IMG/VR virus record: IMGVR_UViG_3300005281_000077
Coordinates: 1-27,904 of that record
Source: a virus
Lineage: Duplodnaviria > Caudoviricetes
DNA: 27,904 bases
Direction: 5' to 3' (one strand)
Part shown: positions 24,569 to 27,904 of the stretch, piece after piece
How positions within the stretch are numbered: the first letter of the stretch is position 1
How the letters are laid out: each line of letters opens with the position of its first letter
The notes under the pieces: generated by a model
What the model saw: only the letters and a program-made list of their open reading frames with translations
What the model was told of the DNA's origin: nothing
Database searches by the model: none
Translations under genes and position numbers: made by a program

Positions 24569-25817
24569 TGTTTTGTGTACCTCCTTGTTTAGTCGCTAGG
24601 CGACCAAGTTGATAAGTATTTGCCAGATTTACATCAATATAGTTTAGCGACATGGTGCGCCGCGAACCGGTGCCGTCTTCCAGCGGTGGGTAACCAAGTA
24701 TGGCAAGCTTTTGGTCGTCGGTTAGCAAGCCTTGTTCTCCGGCCGTTTTGATCAAGTCGAGCTTCGCCCGCGTCGAAAGGTACATCATATTGCGGTGGTA
24801 AAAAACGATCTCGTTTCCGACATCCAATTCCCGGGCAGAAAAAAGCGTTCTCGAAAAAGCCTGCCCGAGCGAAATCACCAATGGCTCGAGCGTCTTTTCG
24901 TAGAACGCTTGGTATTGTTCATCTGTATAATCTCCAGTCAGGATCGGAAGCGGAACGCCGAACCATCGTTGTACCTTGCTATCCAAAAACTCCAGTGTTT
25001 CTTTATCGACGATCTTCGGGTCAAGATTGATAGGAATGAATTCACCCTTTATATCGATTGGCAAAATACCCGTATCACCGGTGCGCATCAGGTTTTCAAA
25101 TCTGGCGCGTTCCGCCCTCTGTGCATCGTCGTCCAACATTGTGTTAATCTTCATGACGCCTCTGACTGACATGCTGGTCTTAATTCCTTTTTCGATTCCC
25201 TGTAACACAGTGTCGTTGATCTGCAATACTTTCAATAGTGCTGCATTGTCTGGTTGACCATACACGCCACCCCCCATGATCTCGTTGACTGAGAATTTTT
25301 TTCGAAGGTGAATGATATCCGAATATGGGAAAGTGAAGTTTTCTCCGTTTGAAAAATAAAACCGGACATAGAGTGTTTCGGATAGGTCTTGCAAATACTC
25401 AACCCGTGTCGGATTGAGTGGATACAGTCCGGTGTAGTATCGAATTGTATTCCCCCGAGCATCTGTCGTCAGTGTGTAGGTCGGATAAATAAAAGCGTTG
25501 TAATTGAGATACAGGAGCCAGATGATTTTTTCAAGAAAATCCCGTGTTGTCATAATATCGTTTGGTGCAAACTTGAATAATCGGTTCAAGTCGCTACGCG
25601 GAACATTCTGCATCCCGTTTGCATCTGTCCGAATATGCTTCGGCTGAAGCTTGCTGATCTCCGTAGCGATCACATCAATACAGTTCTGCACCACGTCCGA
25701 AGCGTATATGTTGTCGCCGAACTGGCTAAATACCGGAATATATCCGCCCATCAGTTTAGCGTAGACGTATTGCTTGGCTTTATTAGTTAGTCTCTTCAGT
25801 GTATCCCATAGTGCCAT
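24561..25817 (-). CDS. portal protein, HK97 family
   Basis: SD GGGGTGA and ATG at 25817; IATEISKL, YSDIIHLR and FGVP motifs. Confidence 0.92.
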   Translation of the reverse strand: MALWDTLKRLTNKAKQYVYAKLMGGYIPVFSQFGDNIYASDVVQNCIDVIATEISKLQPKHIRTDANGMQNVPRSDLNRLFKFAPNDIMTTRDFLEKIIWLLYLNYNAFIYPTYTLTTDARGNTIRYYTGLYPLNPTRVEYLQDLSETLYVRFYFSNGENFTFPYSDIIHLRKKFSVNEIMGGGVYGQPDNAALLKVLQINDTVLQGIEKGIKTSMSVRGVMKINTMLDDDAQRAERARFENLMRTGDTGILPIDIKGEFIPINLDPKIVDKETLEFLDSKVQRWFGVPLPILTGDYTDEQYQAFYEKTLEPLVISLGQAFSRTLFSARELDVGNEIVFYHRNMMYLSTRAKLDLIKTAGEQGLLTDDQKLAILGYPPLEDGTGSRRTMSLNYIDVNLANTYQLGRLATKQGGTQNSE

Positions 25818-25821
25818 GCCA

Positions 25822-27525
25822 TCACCCCACTCTCTTGGACAACTCTTGAAATTCGGTTCGATTGTCGATATAAACGCGGTAGGCAATAATCATCGTCACC
25901 GCGCCGTCGATTTTCTTTTCGTCTTTTCCTTGCACTTTGACCGGCATCTGCTCCATTTTGTTGTTAACGGCCAGTGCCGTATTTTCAAGGCAGTAGCGAT
26001 CAATCGGATGGTCGTTGTAAATAAGAAATTTACTGCTCAAATCGGCCTCAACAAGCTTCATCGGCTCGCTCATGCTGCCCCATTTTTGGTCCACTCGCTG
26101 CATGTCGAAGCCATATTCCTCCATCTCTTTGACCCAGTAGATCGCGGACCATCGGTCATAGCCGATCTTGTAAAACCGGATTCCGTATTCCTTCCAGAGT
26201 TTTACGAACCACGCCGTGACAAGCCGGAAGTCGTTTTCGTTGCCTTCGGAAATGGTCAGCAAGCCATCTTCCTTCCATGTCTCATAACGTTTCTTCTCAT
26301 CCCCGGTCAGCTTGTCCAGTTTAGTTTGCGGGATGAAATACTGCTGAACGGTGTACTTCTTACCGTTTCTCAAAAACAACGCCCGGGCAGAAGCCAGGTC
26401 TCCGGACTTGGAAAGGTCAACGGCTCCGATAGCAAACGCGCTACGGAAGTCTTCAAGGTCGAATGTCTCCTTGTTGTCGATTGTTTCTGCGTCCAACCAC
26501 GCCGCCGCGTTGTTCTGCTTGATATTGAAGTCCTTCGCCAACACGAATGCTCGTGTCGCTTTGTTCGTCTTGGCCTCTTCGATCATTCCGCGAAGGAAGC
26601 TCCACTTTTTGATTGGCCCGAGCCCAGGATTCGATTTCACCCATGTTCGCTCATCCTGCCAGACCTCTTTTTCGCTGTCCTGCGTATACATCCAGATGAG
26701 CCAGCGAGGACGATCCAATTCACCGGCCAACACTTGGCGAGCGTCTCGAATGCGCTCATCAAGGTATCCATCGTTCGTAAACCCCTCGGTCGTCAGTTCA
26801 AAATAAAGAGGCTCCTCTTGGGTGGAAAGAGCCTGTCGGATCGGCATGACCAATGAATTGTCCTTCATTTCGTGAACTTCATCGACCGCCCCGACGCCGA
26901 TGTTACGCCCTTCTTTTGCGCCGGTCTTCGCAGAAATCTTACGGATCGTCCCTTTGTTGCTGTAGCTGAACTTCCCGGAATGCGTCGGGTGCTTCGGATT
27001 GCCGAAGAAGATCCCTTTAATGTTCTTTCGCGTTCGCTTTTCCAAAGCAGGACTTTCCTCACGCATGGCATTGATCGCGTCGAACATGAGTCCCGCCTGT
27101 TCGTAGTCATTGCTGGAGCAGAGAATCCGAATTCCTTTTGGGCCGCAGAAAAACTCGGCCAGGTTAATCGCGCTGACAAGGGGCGTTTTGCCATTCTTGC
27201 GCCCGATCACAAGAAGGACATCCTGAAACAGTCTCACCCATCGTCCAATTTCAGGATCGTATATTTTAAAGCTGTAAACAGCCTCGATGAATGCTTTTTG
27301 AAACAGTTCAAGGATAAATGGCTTTCCGGAAAACGGCGCTTCATAGTGCTTGCAATGCGTTTCAATGAACTTGATCCGTTTATGAGCGTCGTCCAGTTCG
27401 AAACGGATATCCGGGTTATTCAAATGTCTGCGCAGGATTTCATGCATTTTCCGCATGTCCTGGCCGATCAAGATTTCCCCGGATTCGCATTTGTCCATGT
27501 ATTCGATCAGGAATGAATGGCTCAT
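25822..27525 (-). CDS. terL: terminase large subunit
   Basis: Walker A IGRKNGKT, Walker B VDEVHE, nuclease motifs AVDLS and KIDGAV. Confidence 0.95.
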   Translation of the reverse strand: MSHSFLIEYMDKCESGEILIGQDMRKMHEILRRHLNNPDIRFELDDAHKRIKFIETHCKHYEAPFSGKPFILELFQKAFIEAVYSFKIYDPEIGRWVRLFQDVLLVIGRKNGKTPLVSAINLAEFFCGPKGIRILCSSNDYEQAGLMFDAINAMREESPALEKRTRKNIKGIFFGNPKHPTHSGKFSYSNKGTIRKISAKTGAKEGRNIGVGAVDEVHEMKDNSLVMPIRQALSTQEEPLYFELTTEGFTNDGYLDERIRDARQVLAGELDRPRWLIWMYTQDSEKEVWQDERTWVKSNPGLGPIKKWSFLRGMIEEAKTNKATRAFVLAKDFNIKQNNAAAWLDAETIDNKETFDLEDFRSAFAIGAVDLSKSGDLASARALFLRNGKKYTVQQYFIPQTKLDKLTGDEKKRYETWKEDGLLTISEGNENDFRLVTAWFVKLWKEYGIRFYKIGYDRWSAIYWVKEMEEYGFDMQRVDQKWGSMSEPMKLVEADLSSKFLIYNDHPIDRYCLENTALAVNNKMEQMPVKVQGKDEKKIDGAVTMIIAYRVYIDNRTEFQELSKRVG

Positions 27526-27848
27526 TCAAATTCGTCCATCCCATCATCCGGATCAAGTGTGTTTTTGCTAAGCACGCCATTCAGCGCCTTGATAACGACG
27601 GCGTAACTGTTGATGTTTTTGAGATACTGCCGCGCCGCCTCGACCGGTTTCTGCAAGTTTGGATTCTTTGGATGGACTAGCACCATACCGGATTCCTTGA
27701 GCGTTTCTCGAAGCTGTGCATTCTCAGCCCTTAGGAATGCCGCGTCTTCAATAAGCCCTTCGACCAGTTGGGCTTTAGATGGGTCAACTTCCTTGAAAAG
27801 CTCGCGTAACTTCGCCAACTCTCGCTGATATATTTCGGACTTGTCCAT
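27522..27848 (-). CDS. terS: terminase small subunit (P27-like)
   Basis: SD GAGGTG and ATG at 27848; directly upstream of terL with an ATGA overlap. Confidence 0.8.
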   Translation of the reverse strand: MDKSEIYQRELAKLRELFKEVDPSKAQLVEGLIEDAAFLRAENAQLRETLKESGMVLVHPKNPNLQKPVEAARQYLKNINSYAVVIKALNGVLSKNTLDPDDGMDEFE

Positions 27849-27904
27849 GTTTCTGAACACCTCGGTCCGATTTCAAAATTTTTGCCGTGTATCGAAAATG
27901 GGAG

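Larger units (their letters stand above)
1..27904. mobile_element. temperate siphovirus prophage/phage segment (late operon plus post-lysis accessory region)
   Basis: Complete HK97-type packaging-head-tail-lysis gene order; no att site or integrase in the window. Confidence 0.92.

Noticed and set aside
7376-27828. Numerous long plus-strand ORFs opposite structural genes (e.g. 10689-11693, 25774-26856)
   Set aside because: Antisense shadows of well-supported minus-strand genes, with no SD or recognisable motifs.
27861-27904. cos site upstream of terS
   Set aside because: Expected nearby for this terminase type but not identifiable in the 44 bp available.

Overview
The window is part of a temperate siphovirus prophage, probably from a Paenibacillaceae host (inferred from stalk-domain proteins, XkdX/XhlA-type genes and sigma-A/LexA-type signals). 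Positions ~6990-27860 (minus strand) hold an HK97-type morphogenesis and lysis operon: terminases, portal, protease, capsid, connectors, tail tube, frameshifted chaperone, a Com-like zinc finger, tape measure, Dit, fibres, XkdX, tail spike, XhlA, holin and a DUF1906 endolysin, with plus-strand morons inserted. Positions 5700-6870 hold a low-GC Panacea(SocA)/PemK-like toxin-antitoxin pair with a LexA box, and 4713-5564 encodes an ATP-dependent DNA ligase. The most unusual part is 470-4572, which looks like a multi-layer anti-CRISPR island. It has three promoter/operator units of small, often acidic genes, two ending in Aca-like HTH genes. It also has a type I hammerhead ribozyme, a repeated covarying RNA hairpin in front of two RBSs, an internally duplicated Csx16-like (ring-nuclease-like) gene, and a separately promoted ~80-nt RNA beginning with a solitary type I-C CRISPR-repeat mimic (Racr/crlRNA candidate). 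All family assignments come from motif recognition by eye; no searches were run.
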